Under the pieces are notes generated by a model. It was not told the origin of the DNA. It was given only the letters and a program-made list of their open reading frames with translations, and did not search any database. A stretch of DNA of 53,640 nucleotides from an uncultured archaeon. Lineage in GTDB: Archaea > Aenigmatarchaeota > Aenigmatarchaeia > QMZP01. This document shows, piece after piece, positions 39,601 through 48,697 of the stretch; within the stretch, counting starts at the first letter, position 1, and each line of letters starts with the position of its first letter. The stretch lies in assembly GCA_964484305.1 (NCBI GenBank), contig CAZAEI010000005.1, positions 1 to 53,640 on the forward strand, in the 5' to 3' direction. A program made the translations under genes and the position numbers.

Positions 39601-39966
39601 GTAGTCACCGGTGATGTTGACATAGAGGAGACTCCACTTGTCATCGGTGGGAAAGGATGTCAGAACATCCTGGTATACGGTGTCGTTATCTATGTCGGTA
39701 TTTGTGTTGTATCCGGAGTCAAGAGTCACCCTCATGTACTGGAGCACATCCTCATTGTTGGGAACAGACGCAAAGAACTGTCCGGTCCTTGCGGCAGTGG
39801 TCTTCACTGTCCCGTTGTGATAGTATTCGCCTGTCACATCCTCCTGTATCAGGAGCTTGGGCCCGTATATCTGGGCACGGGCACCCCCCAGAAGCACCGC
39901 TGTTAATATGAAGACAACACCTGTAACTAGAAGAATCCTTCTTGCCATCCACAAAGAAAGCCGCAT
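36607..39966 (-). CDS. Large C-terminally anchored surface (S-layer/adhesin-like) protein, paralog 1
   Basis: Signal peptide, Ig-like beta-rich body with many NxS/T sequons, C-terminal TM plus basic tail. Start at 39966 or 39948. Confidence 0.75.
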   Translation of the reverse strand: MRLSLWMARRILLVTGVVFILTAVLLGGARAQIYGPKLLIQEDVTGEYYHNGTVKTTAARTGQFFASVPNNEDVLQYMRVTLDSGYNTNTDIDNDTVYQDVLTSFPTDDKWSLLYVNITGDYSSTSYTIDNDVANIAPTINLSVYYSNDRGGYDLYDESNIDDPDNNMTLVFSLTNPSSTRDLVDITSIINFVKDVEGNDEPAVIDTSAQDGSVSVSDDGGDDTGTLNDYITWSSVDVGKASTVNLTVVLNITGGVHISGTTDSVDLQPGSGDGQNATYSNTSYMFSGVTVSDKFTRGPIRHGVDLSSNGGFWYVRGLIRNMGDAADTGYNLTYNISEWGIYEIQSSGVPYDTANQTGRFNVTPGTTDLITPDDGRIYTTDASRSSNKTMFNTSSGSKPYIAVYFNWEVIWNSTNSENNITYINTTLDLPVLYMVDLDGIKSVSGTISPEMGGENVTINDTLHNVGANETEPHFVQILSYVPSKTHLGYWRGSGWDIQDDVVIYLNETYRLKNDSNCVLEITDPTESSDGLVNVSIYDLPNCVFWGTSDKVGHTFNSNGGSDSDNLTISYKVTSDIAMTTGDEYVFSGIGQLNSSSDTQDREYFNNQTVTVSGKRITGYKDLIAYTPGTPTLINTTINISVEDTMGSGISGIKFMDYVPDNTISYTDYWGNFSNGDAVVIRNGTVLTYGVDYHITDNGTTSLSDGLTVQMFEFVNGTYQGWNLTNDEYIEVIYQINFTTPGAYVLPVMIAAFDPDTGASLATTLYGVVKVVIPEPNIPLTIDEGELKQSKTVLVGKPAVWNKDFDVYNPNPRRLSSDFEAVVFDDATDGYVSYFDESGRRIEEVVVFSKDSQGRRVMQWQGSINAFETRSYEVTVLTPPVLEIDRDIEVLEQLPEKKVRLKMDVYLKSFAQESYENVILNLPIAYQNVEEVRDGFGNRLPFTGGPETSSITVDRMDAGLLKTITVIYKESYPTIIITPDRDRYNLNSPVSLEILVINGGEKIDYPYLEVEIYTPGMDVIFTNIESLEGMEPLEKTETYEKFVIPAAAPSGMYVASARFREDFAVLASATGNFYVMGVSGGIPESLEILMIVMVSLILIYFSFRRLREVRSRRPQAYGGI

Positions 39967-40031
39967 ATTAATATTTAATGGTATGGTAAATATATAAAAC
40001 TTATACAAAACTTGTCTAATTTCCAGGATAT

Positions 40032-43000
40032 TTATCTTAATTCCCTCAGCTTCCTCTTGAGCTCCCCTATACCCTCCGGCCTCTTCCTCCTCCAGAACCT
40101 GAACAGCAGGTAGCCTATTGCTGCCAGGGCCACGGCCAGGAATACCATCCAGCTCAATGAAACAATGGTCCTTTCAGGGCAGTTCACATAGAAGTCTGAG
40201 TGGTCTGTAAGTATGGTCTGGAAGTCCTTCTTGAACCTGCTATAGACCGAATACTTCCCGTCAGAGAAGCTCCTCAAGTCCACCGAAAAGGGCAGCCTGA
40301 CCTCTTCCCATGGCCAGACATCCTTCATCTCCACAAGCTGGGCATTCATGGTCTTGAGGTGGGGACTGGGTCCCACCACCTCAATCTCCAGGTAGGAGCC
40401 TGTCTCCCTTTCAGAGGGGATTACGAACACCGTTATGTTGGCATAATCGCTGCACCCGTGCATCACCGCACCCATGGCAGTCAGAAGTATTGGCGGGACC
40501 TCTGTATAGACTATCGTGAGCTCCCTCTTCCGGCCAGCCTCCATCCTTCCCAGGAATATCTCTGTGGTAGAGTTGTCATATTCACTGTAGTTTAGCAGGT
40601 TCTCCCCCTCCATCACATATACAACGTTGCCGGTCCCTGACTTGAACAGGAGAGACACCCCGCTATAGACCTCGAGTGCAAAGTTCTCCACAGTGGTATT
40701 GACCACGAATCTTATCTCCCTCTCACCCGATTCCAGGACATTCACAACCCTCTTGGTTTCCAAGACAGGCGGTGTTACAGCCTCCAAGACATAGGTCTTG
40801 GTCTCACCAGACTTCAGCCTGAACGTGATGTCCACATGGGTTGTTTCACCCTCCTTGAGAGCCAGGGATTCCCTGTCTCCCCCCTCCCGAATGACATGGG
40901 CGCTCAGGGTGTCAGGAAAGACCTCCAGCCTCATTAAGTGCTCCACAGAGACACTGTTTGGATTATGAACCGTCAGGCCCTTTGTCCATCTTACAGGGAC
41001 GCCCACACGCACCCCCTCTACTTGCCATCCCCCATCCACGACCTCAAGGTCCTGAAGAATCCCCTCCCTCCTGACAGGGATGTACATATCCTCAAATATG
41101 TATTTATCCTCATAGTAGTTGTAGCCAAACACCCTTGTTATAAGGAAGCTGGTTCCCACAGGAACCGTGGTTTTGTAGCTGATCTCTATCTTGTCCCCAT
41201 TGAACAGGTTCAGGCTCTCCTCAAGCAGCCCGCCTGATGTAATCTTGGTTATAAGGTATTCCCTGTGCCTTCTGCCATTCACCAAGGTCATGCCGTTATC
41301 GGTCATCTTGTAGTCATTTCCCGGGTTCCACTCAATCCATTTCCCCGAAGAGTTTTCATATATCCTGAATGAGAGGGATGAGATGTCAAGGCTCCCGTAC
41401 TCGGGTATGTAAATAACGGCCTTGATATCCTTTACCCCCTTGTTCCCTGTATCAATTATATTATATCTTGCCAGAACACGGACGAGGTTATCTGCTATAA
41501 AGTAGCCCTCTCCCATCTCCCTTGCTATGTCAGCATACATGGCGGGTTCAACAGGCCCTCCGCCAGGGCCACCCGGTTCAGGCTCTCCACCAACCCCCGG
41601 AATGACCACATCCTGGCATACATTCTTGGTCACAGGCGTGCCCGAGAGCGTGACCAGTGTGGATGTCTGGCAGAACTGATATGTATGTGTGCTGGCATGG
41701 GAGCCCCCTGCCACGTCATACTCAAGCCTTATATCCTCATTCTGCTGGAGGCCGTGGCCCAGAAGAGAAGTTAAATTGTTTATGCTTACATTCACAAAAC
41801 CATCGTTCAGGGTGGTGGCTGCCTGGGTCATTATGGAGACCTGGGTGGTTATCTCTGTCTGTCCAGATGCGTTTATATAGAACACCCTGACATCAGATGG
41901 GGCCCAGTTGTTGCTTGTACCCCCGGCTGACTGATGTGGTATGACAGAGCCTATACTAACAGAACCGACTGAGAGGCCTGAATGCCCGATGTGCCTGGCC
42001 AGGTCCTGTACCGACAGGCCCGTTCCGCTCTCGGTGCTGTACCCCACAACTACGCTCTTGTCCACCCATGCATCTATCTCATAGAGCACAGGCAGGCTTA
42101 TGGTAGCCTGGCTCATGCTTGAATAATATGACGAACCCCAGACTACCTCCCAGTCCCAGGACGTGCTGTAATATCCTCCCTTGTCCTGCATTCCCGGAAG
42201 GCCTGTGTCATACCAGTCCGTATATTTGGTTTCGCCTGGGTTGAAGGGATATATCTCCTCACTTGAGGATATGACCGGAGAGCCCTGACCTATCTGATAC
42301 AGCCCCCATCCGTGTATCCTGTAGTCCAGTCCCAGTGCCATGTTCCTGATGAAACCCCTCACTATCCATGTATCCATGGTGAGCATATCCACACCCACCC
42401 TCACCGGGCCGCGGGAGAACCTGTCAACAAAGCTTATCCCAGTGGGGGTGGATGTTCCTGTACTTGTGTGGGTGGCCTGGCTCGTGGTCTCCTGGTCAAG
42501 GTCCACATACATGAAGTTTTCATTAAAGTTCACATCGGGTGTGATGTATCCCCGGAAGTATATCTCCACATCCACGCCGGCTGACAGGGGACCAGTCCAG
42601 GAGAGCATATCAAAGAAGCCGTCCCCGTCAGAATCCCAGGAATCACTATTCCCTGAGGTGGGGGATACCCCATAGAGGTGAATGGAATCATTGAGACCAA
42701 GCGTGTTCCTGGCGAACCTCAGGTAGACAGAGACCCCGTTCAGGTCATGCGTGGAGTTTATGGTCAGATCGAAGCTGAATGAATTGGTTCCGCCCGAATA
42801 GATGTCCCTCCCCCCGGCATCGTTTGCATACTCCATGCCAAGGTATATCACCGGCATCACACCACCGGTTATATTATAGCTTATGTTGCTCTCGCTGCTT
42901 GTTGTGTTGACATAGAGCCTGGTCCTGTCACCGGGGCTTGGTGATGCCGCCACCCCCCTGTAGGTAAGGGTTGACTGAAGGTTTGTGTTGGCGGTTCCAG

Positions 43001-43229
43001 AGAGCTCAAGAACGAGATACTGGAGAACATCCAGCTGGTTCGGGACCTCGACCTCCACGTATCCAAGGCACACCACCGGGCTTACCAGGGAGCCGTCTGT
43101 GTTGTAATCTGCACCGGAAACCTCTGTTATATAGGATGTCGGAACATCCGCCCTGGCGACAGCCGGATATAAAAGCAGGGAAACCAAACTTATCACTAGG
43201 ACGGACTTCCAATGGGCTGGCCAAACCAT
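40032..43229 (-). CDS. Large C-terminally anchored surface protein, paralog 2
   Basis: Collinear motifs shared with paralog 1 (VPNxxDVLQY, RGPxRxGVD, WxVRGxIRNM, WEVxW, LPVLY, TPPVLE); C-terminal TM. Confidence 0.75.
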   Translation of the reverse strand: MVWPAHWKSVLVISLVSLLLYPAVARADVPTSYITEVSGADYNTDGSLVSPVVCLGYVEVEVPNQLDVLQYLVLELSGTANTNLQSTLTYRGVAASPSPGDRTRLYVNTTSSESNISYNITGGVMPVIYLGMEYANDAGGRDIYSGGTNSFSFDLTINSTHDLNGVSVYLRFARNTLGLNDSIHLYGVSPTSGNSDSWDSDGDGFFDMLSWTGPLSAGVDVEIYFRGYITPDVNFNENFMYVDLDQETTSQATHTSTGTSTPTGISFVDRFSRGPVRVGVDMLTMDTWIVRGFIRNMALGLDYRIHGWGLYQIGQGSPVISSSEEIYPFNPGETKYTDWYDTGLPGMQDKGGYYSTSWDWEVVWGSSYYSSMSQATISLPVLYEIDAWVDKSVVVGYSTESGTGLSVQDLARHIGHSGLSVGSVSIGSVIPHQSAGGTSNNWAPSDVRVFYINASGQTEITTQVSIMTQAATTLNDGFVNVSINNLTSLLGHGLQQNEDIRLEYDVAGGSHASTHTYQFCQTSTLVTLSGTPVTKNVCQDVVIPGVGGEPEPGGPGGGPVEPAMYADIAREMGEGYFIADNLVRVLARYNIIDTGNKGVKDIKAVIYIPEYGSLDISSLSFRIYENSSGKWIEWNPGNDYKMTDNGMTLVNGRRHREYLITKITSGGLLEESLNLFNGDKIEISYKTTVPVGTSFLITRVFGYNYYEDKYIFEDMYIPVRREGILQDLEVVDGGWQVEGVRVGVPVRWTKGLTVHNPNSVSVEHLMRLEVFPDTLSAHVIREGGDRESLALKEGETTHVDITFRLKSGETKTYVLEAVTPPVLETKRVVNVLESGEREIRFVVNTTVENFALEVYSGVSLLFKSGTGNVVYVMEGENLLNYSEYDNSTTEIFLGRMEAGRKRELTIVYTEVPPILLTAMGAVMHGCSDYANITVFVIPSERETGSYLEIEVVGPSPHLKTMNAQLVEMKDVWPWEEVRLPFSVDLRSFSDGKYSVYSRFKKDFQTILTDHSDFYVNCPERTIVSLSWMVFLAVALAAIGYLLFRFWRRKRPEGIGELKRKLRELR

Positions 43230-43397
43230 GTATAATAATTATCCTGAATAATAAATAAAGCAGACCTATCAATACTTTACACGCCAATTTCATAGTATAG
43301 GATTCTAACGGAATATCGGAAAGATGCTATCCATAGACTTATATAACAAGATATGTAAGCCTAAATTGATAAAGAATATACGATAAGGCATGGAAAA

Positions 43398-44747
43398 ATG
43401 ACTGAAATCCCTGTATGCAAAATTGAAGTAAAGGGAAAATCAGAGCAAATCACAATAAAGAAAGGTGCTGTTAATCTCAAAAACAACAATATTCTTCTCT
43501 TAAGGTCTTCACAAGAAAACATCTCTTGGCTGGCTAAAGTGTCTTCGCATGGTTATTCTAATTACATTCGTTTGACCTCAAATCTAAAACAAAGACCTAC
43601 TGATATTGAGGTTATTAAAATAGCTAAAGTAGGCGAAAGACCTCCCCTTGGGCCGCTTTCTAGAAACCAAGTGGATATATTGAACTTTATTAATGATAAT
43701 TGTACATGCATAGAAAGACCTCAAGGAAATGTTAGCATATACAAGCCACCCAAAGGACCCAGCATAACAATAAAAAGAATAATAAACCTGGACGAAGATT
43801 TAGCATGGTCAATAGGATTTTACCTCGCCGAAGGTCCTAAGGTCAGTTATGGTGTTGGAATAACCAATCACGAACTTTATCTTTTAAAACACTTTCAAGA
43901 GTCTATAGAAAAGAATTTTGATATTCAAAATAAAGAGTGGTTTGTTTATATCCATTCTCGTAATAAAGATAGTTCTAAAAAATTTAAAAGCAGGATTGTG
44001 CGCATCTTCCAAACAAATAAAATTAGTGATGTCAAGGCCAGATTAGCAACTAAAGATACTATTGAATTAAAAATTAACAATACCTTATTTGCCATTATTT
44101 TTAACCAATTTGTTTCAAAAGCAATAGAATTAATATTAGAAGATACATCTCTTGCTTTGGCGTTTTTAAAAGGCTATGAAATTGGCGATGGTTGTATTCT
44201 TCAACGTAATAGCTGCTATTTATATGGTATATGTATAACAACTAAAAACAACAGCAACAAAGAAATTTTAGTAAAAACATTGCAAAAATTGTATAATAAA
44301 AAACCAAGAATAAGAAGTAATAAAGGCTGTTATGAGATTACATGTACAGGAATAAATTTAATGACAGAATTTATTTTGGATGAACATTTTTCTTCATCAC
44401 CAAAACAGTGGAAAAAAATAATAAATTCTTATCTTAAGAAACAATATACAAGATCCCACATTAGATATTGGTTGGCATTAAAAAATAAAAAATTGCTTAC
44501 AAGAGAAATGGCACAAATTGCTGGTAGATCATATTGGTCGGTTCTAGATGCTATGAATAAAGATGCAAAATTAGGATTGATAAAAACTGAAAAGAGAAGG
44601 TTTCCTAACAAAGCGGGTCTCCACAATATTTATTCCCTCACAAACAAGGGGGACAAGCTATTGAGTTTAATAGGAGGTGTTGATGAAAAAACCAATTCGA
44701 GTAGCCTTGATGGGAGCTGGGGGAAGAGACAGGCGCTGGCCCTCTAA
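43398..44747 (+). CDS. Free-standing two-motif LAGLIDADG endonuclease with a C-terminal winged HTH
   Basis: LAWSIGFYLAEG and LAFLKGYEIGDG motifs; C-terminal TREMAQIAGRSYWSVLDAM...IYSLTNKG. Strongly AT-rich; overlaps the next gene by 65 nt. Confidence 0.8.
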   Translation: MTEIPVCKIEVKGKSEQITIKKGAVNLKNNNILLLRSSQENISWLAKVSSHGYSNYIRLTSNLKQRPTDIEVIKIAKVGERPPLGPLSRNQVDILNFINDNCTCIERPQGNVSIYKPPKGPSITIKRIINLDEDLAWSIGFYLAEGPKVSYGVGITNHELYLLKHFQESIEKNFDIQNKEWFVYIHSRNKDSSKKFKSRIVRIFQTNKISDVKARLATKDTIELKINNTLFAIIFNQFVSKAIELILEDTSLALAFLKGYEIGDGCILQRNSCYLYGICITTKNNSNKEILVKTLQKLYNKKPRIRSNKGCYEITCTGINLMTEFILDEHFSSSPKQWKKIINSYLKKQYTRSHIRYWLALKNKKLLTREMAQIAGRSYWSVLDAMNKDAKLGLIKTEKRRFPNKAGLHNIYSLTNKGDKLLSLIGGVDEKTNSSSLDGSWGKRQALAL

Positions 44748-46016
44748 TTCCACAACTTCCTTGTATACTTTAAGGACAACCCAACCTACAAAGTCGTATG
44801 CTTTACGGCTACCCAGATACCTGGAATAGAAAACAGAACATTCCCAAAAGAGTTTGCTGACAAGCTTTATACCAGAGGTATACCTATCTATCCCGAGGAA
44901 AGACTACCAGAACTTATCAGGAAATATAAAATCGATATGGTGGTCCTGGCCTACAGCGACCTCTCCCACGCAGACGTGATGCACAGGGCAAGCCTGGTTA
45001 ATTCCCTGGGTCCTGACTTTGTCCTTATGGGAACCAGGAACACCATGCTGAAATCCCGCAGGCCTGTGATAGCCGTGACTGCCGTGAGGACGGGCTGCGG
45101 CAAGTCCCAGACCACCAGGAAGCTCGCCATGATTCTCAAAACCCTTGGAAAGAGGGCCGCCGTGGTCAGGCACCCCATGCCCTATGGAGACCTCAGGAAG
45201 CAGGCCTGCCAGAGGTATGAGCGCTTCAAGGACCTTGACATACACAGGTGCACAATCGAGGAGAGGGAGGAATACGAACCACTTATAGAGGACTCTGACA
45301 TACTCTATGCCGGGGTTGACTATGAAAGAATTCTCAGGGAGGCTGAGGGGGAGGCCGATGTCATAATCTGGGACGGCGGGAACAACGACACCCCCTTCTT
45401 CAGACCAGACCTCCACATCGTCATAGTAGACCCCCACAGGGCCTTCCATGAGATATCATACCATCCCGGCGAGACCAACTTCAGAATGGCCGACGTGATC
45501 ATAATCAACAAGGAAAGGACCGCACCAGAGGGCAGCGTGAGGATAATCAGGGAGCACATCAGGGCATACAACCCCAAGGCCACGGTTGTGGATGCGAACT
45601 CTGTGATAACAGTGAACGACCCCGCCCTTATCCAGGGCAGGCGCGTCCTGGTTGTTGAGGACGGCCCCACCCTGACCCACGGCGGTATGTCCTATGGCGC
45701 CGGGACAATTGCGGCCAGGCATTTCTCTGCCAGACCAGTGGACCCCAGGCCCTATGCCACGGACTCCATAAAGAGGGTCTTCATGAAATACCCGCACCTC
45801 GGCAATGTCCTGCCGGCCATGGGATACTCTGAGAAGCAGGTGAGGGAGCTCGGGCGCACCATAAACAGGGTCAAATGCGACGCCGTCATATCCGGCACCC
45901 CAATAGACCTGAGAAGGATAATCCATGTCAGGAAACCCATAGTCCGGATACATTACAACCTCGAGGAGACCAGCAGGCCCAACCTCACGGACATAGTTAA
46001 GGACTTCCTCAAATAA
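44683..46016 (+). CDS. P-loop GTPase, COG2403 / cyclic 2,3-diphosphoglycerate synthase-like; predicted spliced, join(44683..44730,44748..46016), 438 aa
   Basis: GGAGGTG RBS and ATG at 44683. Exon 1 MKKPIRVALMGAGGRD joined to FHNFLVYFKDNPTYKVVCFTATQIPGI restores the family motif GRDFHNF. Also AVRTGCGKSQT, WDGGNND, EDGPT. Confidence 0.85.
44731..44747 (+). other. Candidate 17-nt bulge-helix-bulge (BHB) mRNA intron
   Basis: AGGCGCTGGCCCTCTAA. Forms a 3-nt bulge (ACA), a 4-bp helix (AGAG/CUCU) and a 3-nt bulge (AAU). Cleavage after the second nt of each bulge excises exactly these 17 nt. Confidence 0.82.
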
Positions 46017-46043
46017 GCCTTTCAAAAAAAGGCTTAAGCCAAA
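46014..46043. repeat. Intergenic palindromic repeat, copy C (minimal)
   Basis: TAAGCCTTT-CAAAA-AAAGGCTTAAGCCAAA; starts at the GTPase stop codon, between convergent genes. Confidence 0.7.
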
Positions 46044-46074
46044 AGGAGATTCACTTCGTTCGCTTCCACGACAA

Positions 46075-46719
46075 TCAGAACAGCTTATCCACATTCTGTA
46101 CCTCTTCCAGGGGGGCCACCATTATGACGGTGTCCCCCTGCTGAATCCTTTCCTTGGGAGAGGCCTTGAGGAACCCCCCGTCCCTGAATATGGCCGCTAT
46201 GGTGAACTTCTCCCCATCAAATTCCTTTACACTCCTGTTTGCTATCCTGGACTTGCTGTCCACCAGGCGCTCGAATACCTCGGCCTTTTCACCCGCCACC
46301 AGGTTCACCAGCCTCTTTCCGGGTTTCTCTATAACCCTCTTGAAGGCGAGGATTGCAGAAACTGTGGTGTTTATGCTGGCTGTTATTCCGAGCTTGGAGA
46401 AAATCGGGTCATTGGACGAATCCACGACCCTTGAGACTATGCTCGGGACCTTGAAGTCCTTGGCTATCTCGCACACAAGCAGATTGGTCTTGTCATCCCC
46501 TGTCATTGCAATGAGGGCATCGCACTTCTTGATGCTCCCGTCCTTGAGAACCTTTCTCTCTGTCCCGTCCCCGTGCAGGACGAGTGCATCCAGGTTCTCG
46601 CCCAGGTATTCAGCCCTCTTGTCATTCTTCTCCACCACCACGACATCGTGCTTCTCCTTGACAAGCAGGCCGGCGAGCCCGTTCCCCAGGTGCCCCCCAC
46701 CCACAATGATTACCTTCAT
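46075..46719 (-). CDS. trkA: TrkA-family potassium uptake regulatory protein (RCK N and C domains)
   Basis: MKVIIVGGGHLG, VLHGDGT, MTGDDKTNL, IQQGDTV. AAGGTG RBS precedes 46719. Confidence 0.9.
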   Translation of the reverse strand: MKVIIVGGGHLGNGLAGLLVKEKHDVVVVEKNDKRAEYLGENLDALVLHGDGTERKVLKDGSIKKCDALIAMTGDDKTNLLVCEIAKDFKVPSIVSRVVDSSNDPIFSKLGITASINTTVSAILAFKRVIEKPGKRLVNLVAGEKAEVFERLVDSKSRIANRSVKEFDGEKFTIAAIFRDGGFLKASPKERIQQGDTVIMVAPLEEVQNVDKLF

Positions 46720-46845
46720 ATCAACACCTTCCTTCCAGACCTGATTATACAAACCCAACCCATCTCCTGAGATGACAGCGAGCACATCGGGAAGTTCTGG
46801 TAATTATGATTTATTAGTGGGCCCTGTAAATATAAAACTGATACA

Positions 46846-48039
46846 ATGATGTGGCTCAAAGACATCAGGACCCGTGCCGAACTCGGCAGGCCGCCCGTTC
46901 TCTCAGGCAGGAGCGCCAAGCTCGGCAAGGTGAGCTTCGATGACCTTGTCTTTGTCCCTGCCCAGCTATCTAGGGTCCCTGTGGATTACTTCAGGGAGAG
47001 CATCTCCTCCGAGACCATAATAGGCAGGACCAGCAGGAAACCACTCAAGCTCTCCATGCCAATCGTGTTCGCAGGCATGAGCTTCGGTGCCCTCTCCAGG
47101 GAGGCCAAGATTGCGATAGCCAGGGCCAGCACAATCCTCGGTACCTGTACAAACACAGGAGAGGGCGGCATGCTCCCGGATGAGAGGAAACACGCCAGGC
47201 TCCTTATCGCTCAGTACTCAACAGGCCGCTTTGGTGTGGACGATGCCTACCTCAGGGCAGCTGACGCAATTGAGATAAAAATCGGCCAGGGGGCCAAGCC
47301 CGGCCAGGGGGGGCTCCTCCCCAAGGAGAAGGTGACCATGGAAATCATGAAGGTCAGGAAGCTCCCCAGACAGATGGATGTCCACTCTCCTGCCTCCCAC
47401 CCCGACATCAGGACCCCCTCAGACCTGAAAAAGAAGGTGGACATGCTCAGAAAGAAGTCAGGGGGCAAGCCTGTAATAATAAAGCTTGGGGCCGGCCATG
47501 TCAGTGACGATGTCAGGATTGCCCTGAAGGCAAACCCGGATATCATATCCCTGGACGGCATGTCCGGCGGGACAGGTGCCGCCCCTGAGATAATGCTCGA
47601 TGACTTTGGGGTTCCCATCCTCCCTGCAATAGTCCAGGCCCGCACGCTCATGGACAGGCTCAGGGCCAGGCAGGACCTGATAGTGGGAGGGGGATTCAGC
47701 AAGGGCGCGGACATTGCCAAGGCCCTGGCCCTCGGGGCAGACGCTGTCTTCATGGGCTTCCCCCTCATGATAGCCATGGGCTGCATCTACTGCAGAAAGT
47801 GCTACAAGGGAGAGTGCCCGTACGGCATAGCCACCCAGGACCCGAAGAAGAGGAAAAACCTCAAGATTGATGAAGCCACCCAGAGCATAGTCAACTTTGT
47901 TAGGGCCTGCTCCGAGGAGGTCAAGATGGCAGCCGGAGCTACGGGCCACGACAGCGTCCACAAGATGACCCCGGACGACATGAGGGCTCTTGACTTCAAT
48001 ATGGCCAGGATATCCGGAGTCAAACTGGTAGGGGACTAA
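46846..48039 (+). CDS. FMN-binding glutamate synthase family protein (stand-alone GltB FMN domain)
   Basis: GMSFGALS, NTGEGG, QYSTGRFG, EIKIGQGAKPGQGGLL, DGMSGGTGAAP, C-x2-C-x2-C-x4-CPYGIATQDP. Confidence 0.9.
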   Translation: MMWLKDIRTRAELGRPPVLSGRSAKLGKVSFDDLVFVPAQLSRVPVDYFRESISSETIIGRTSRKPLKLSMPIVFAGMSFGALSREAKIAIARASTILGTCTNTGEGGMLPDERKHARLLIAQYSTGRFGVDDAYLRAADAIEIKIGQGAKPGQGGLLPKEKVTMEIMKVRKLPRQMDVHSPASHPDIRTPSDLKKKVDMLRKKSGGKPVIIKLGAGHVSDDVRIALKANPDIISLDGMSGGTGAAPEIMLDDFGVPILPAIVQARTLMDRLRARQDLIVGGGFSKGADIAKALALGADAVFMGFPLMIAMGCIYCRKCYKGECPYGIATQDPKKRKNLKIDEATQSIVNFVRACSEEVKMAAGATGHDSVHKMTPDDMRALDFNMARISGVKLVGD

Positions 48040-48109
48040 CCACCTCCCCACAAGTATCCTTCGGAAACTGAAAGAACATATTCCACTTATTTGACGCATA
48101 TGCAAGGTG

Positions 48110-48598
48110 TTACCAGTACCAGACAGTCACCTTAAGCAGCTTCTGGTCCATATCACTTATACCAAACCTGGTGACCCTGGCGTTCTGTATACCGCTGGGA
48201 AGACTTCCACACTCGAGCAGGTTAGTCTCACCCCCGGAGCCCAGGGACTTGTTTACCTCCAGCGCTATCCAATGCATTTGAGAATCGACATTGAGAAGTC
48301 GAATCACATCATTCATGCTGCTCTGGCACAACGTTTCCAGGTCGCTTATCTTATCCTCATCGAGCTCGGGCCACTCATTCGCAAGGCCCAGCGCCAAGGG
48401 AGGGCTTCCTGACCAGTCCCCCTGGCTCCTGACCAACACCTCTGAAATCTGCCAGGCCTTGCTCTCAAGGATATTGATGTGGTGGTCACTGGAATAGAGA
48501 AAGACCGTACTGTTGAGATAGTTTATGGTGTACATGATTATTGCGAGAAAGAACAGGGTCGCTACAATGAACTCGAAAACAAGCTGGCCTTTCAACAC
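48110..48598 (-). CDS. Archaeal type IV pilin-like protein (class III signal peptide)
   Basis: KG/QLVFEFIVATLFFLAII prepilin cleavage motif with +5 Glu. Start at GTG 48598 or TTG 48595 after GGAGG. Confidence 0.75.
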   Translation of the reverse strand: MLKGQLVFEFIVATLFFLAIIMYTINYLNSTVFLYSSDHHINILESKAWQISEVLVRSQGDWSGSPPLALGLANEWPELDEDKISDLETLCQSSMNDVIRLLNVDSQMHWIALEVNKSLGSGGETNLLECGSLPSGIQNARVTRFGISDMDQKLLKVTVWYW

Positions 48599-48697
48599 CC
48601 TCCCTCCGTCTTGCTCCACCCTACTCAAGACGGTATCTGATCTTGCCCGGCTGTGACCCCTCATAATAATATATACTTTCCACGGCATATAATTAAT

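Noticed and set aside
43398-44747. LAGLIDADG ORF as an intein or as the ORF of a large BHB/group I intron
   Set aside because: It is not in frame within a host protein and has no Cys/Ser start or His-Asn end. It lies upstream of the host start codon, and no flanking splice structure enclosing it was seen.
44719-44750. Programmed ribosomal frameshift as the explanation for the split GTPase frame
   Set aside because: A frameshift would leave 5-6 extra residues inside the conserved GRDFHNF motif, whereas BHB excision restores it exactly.
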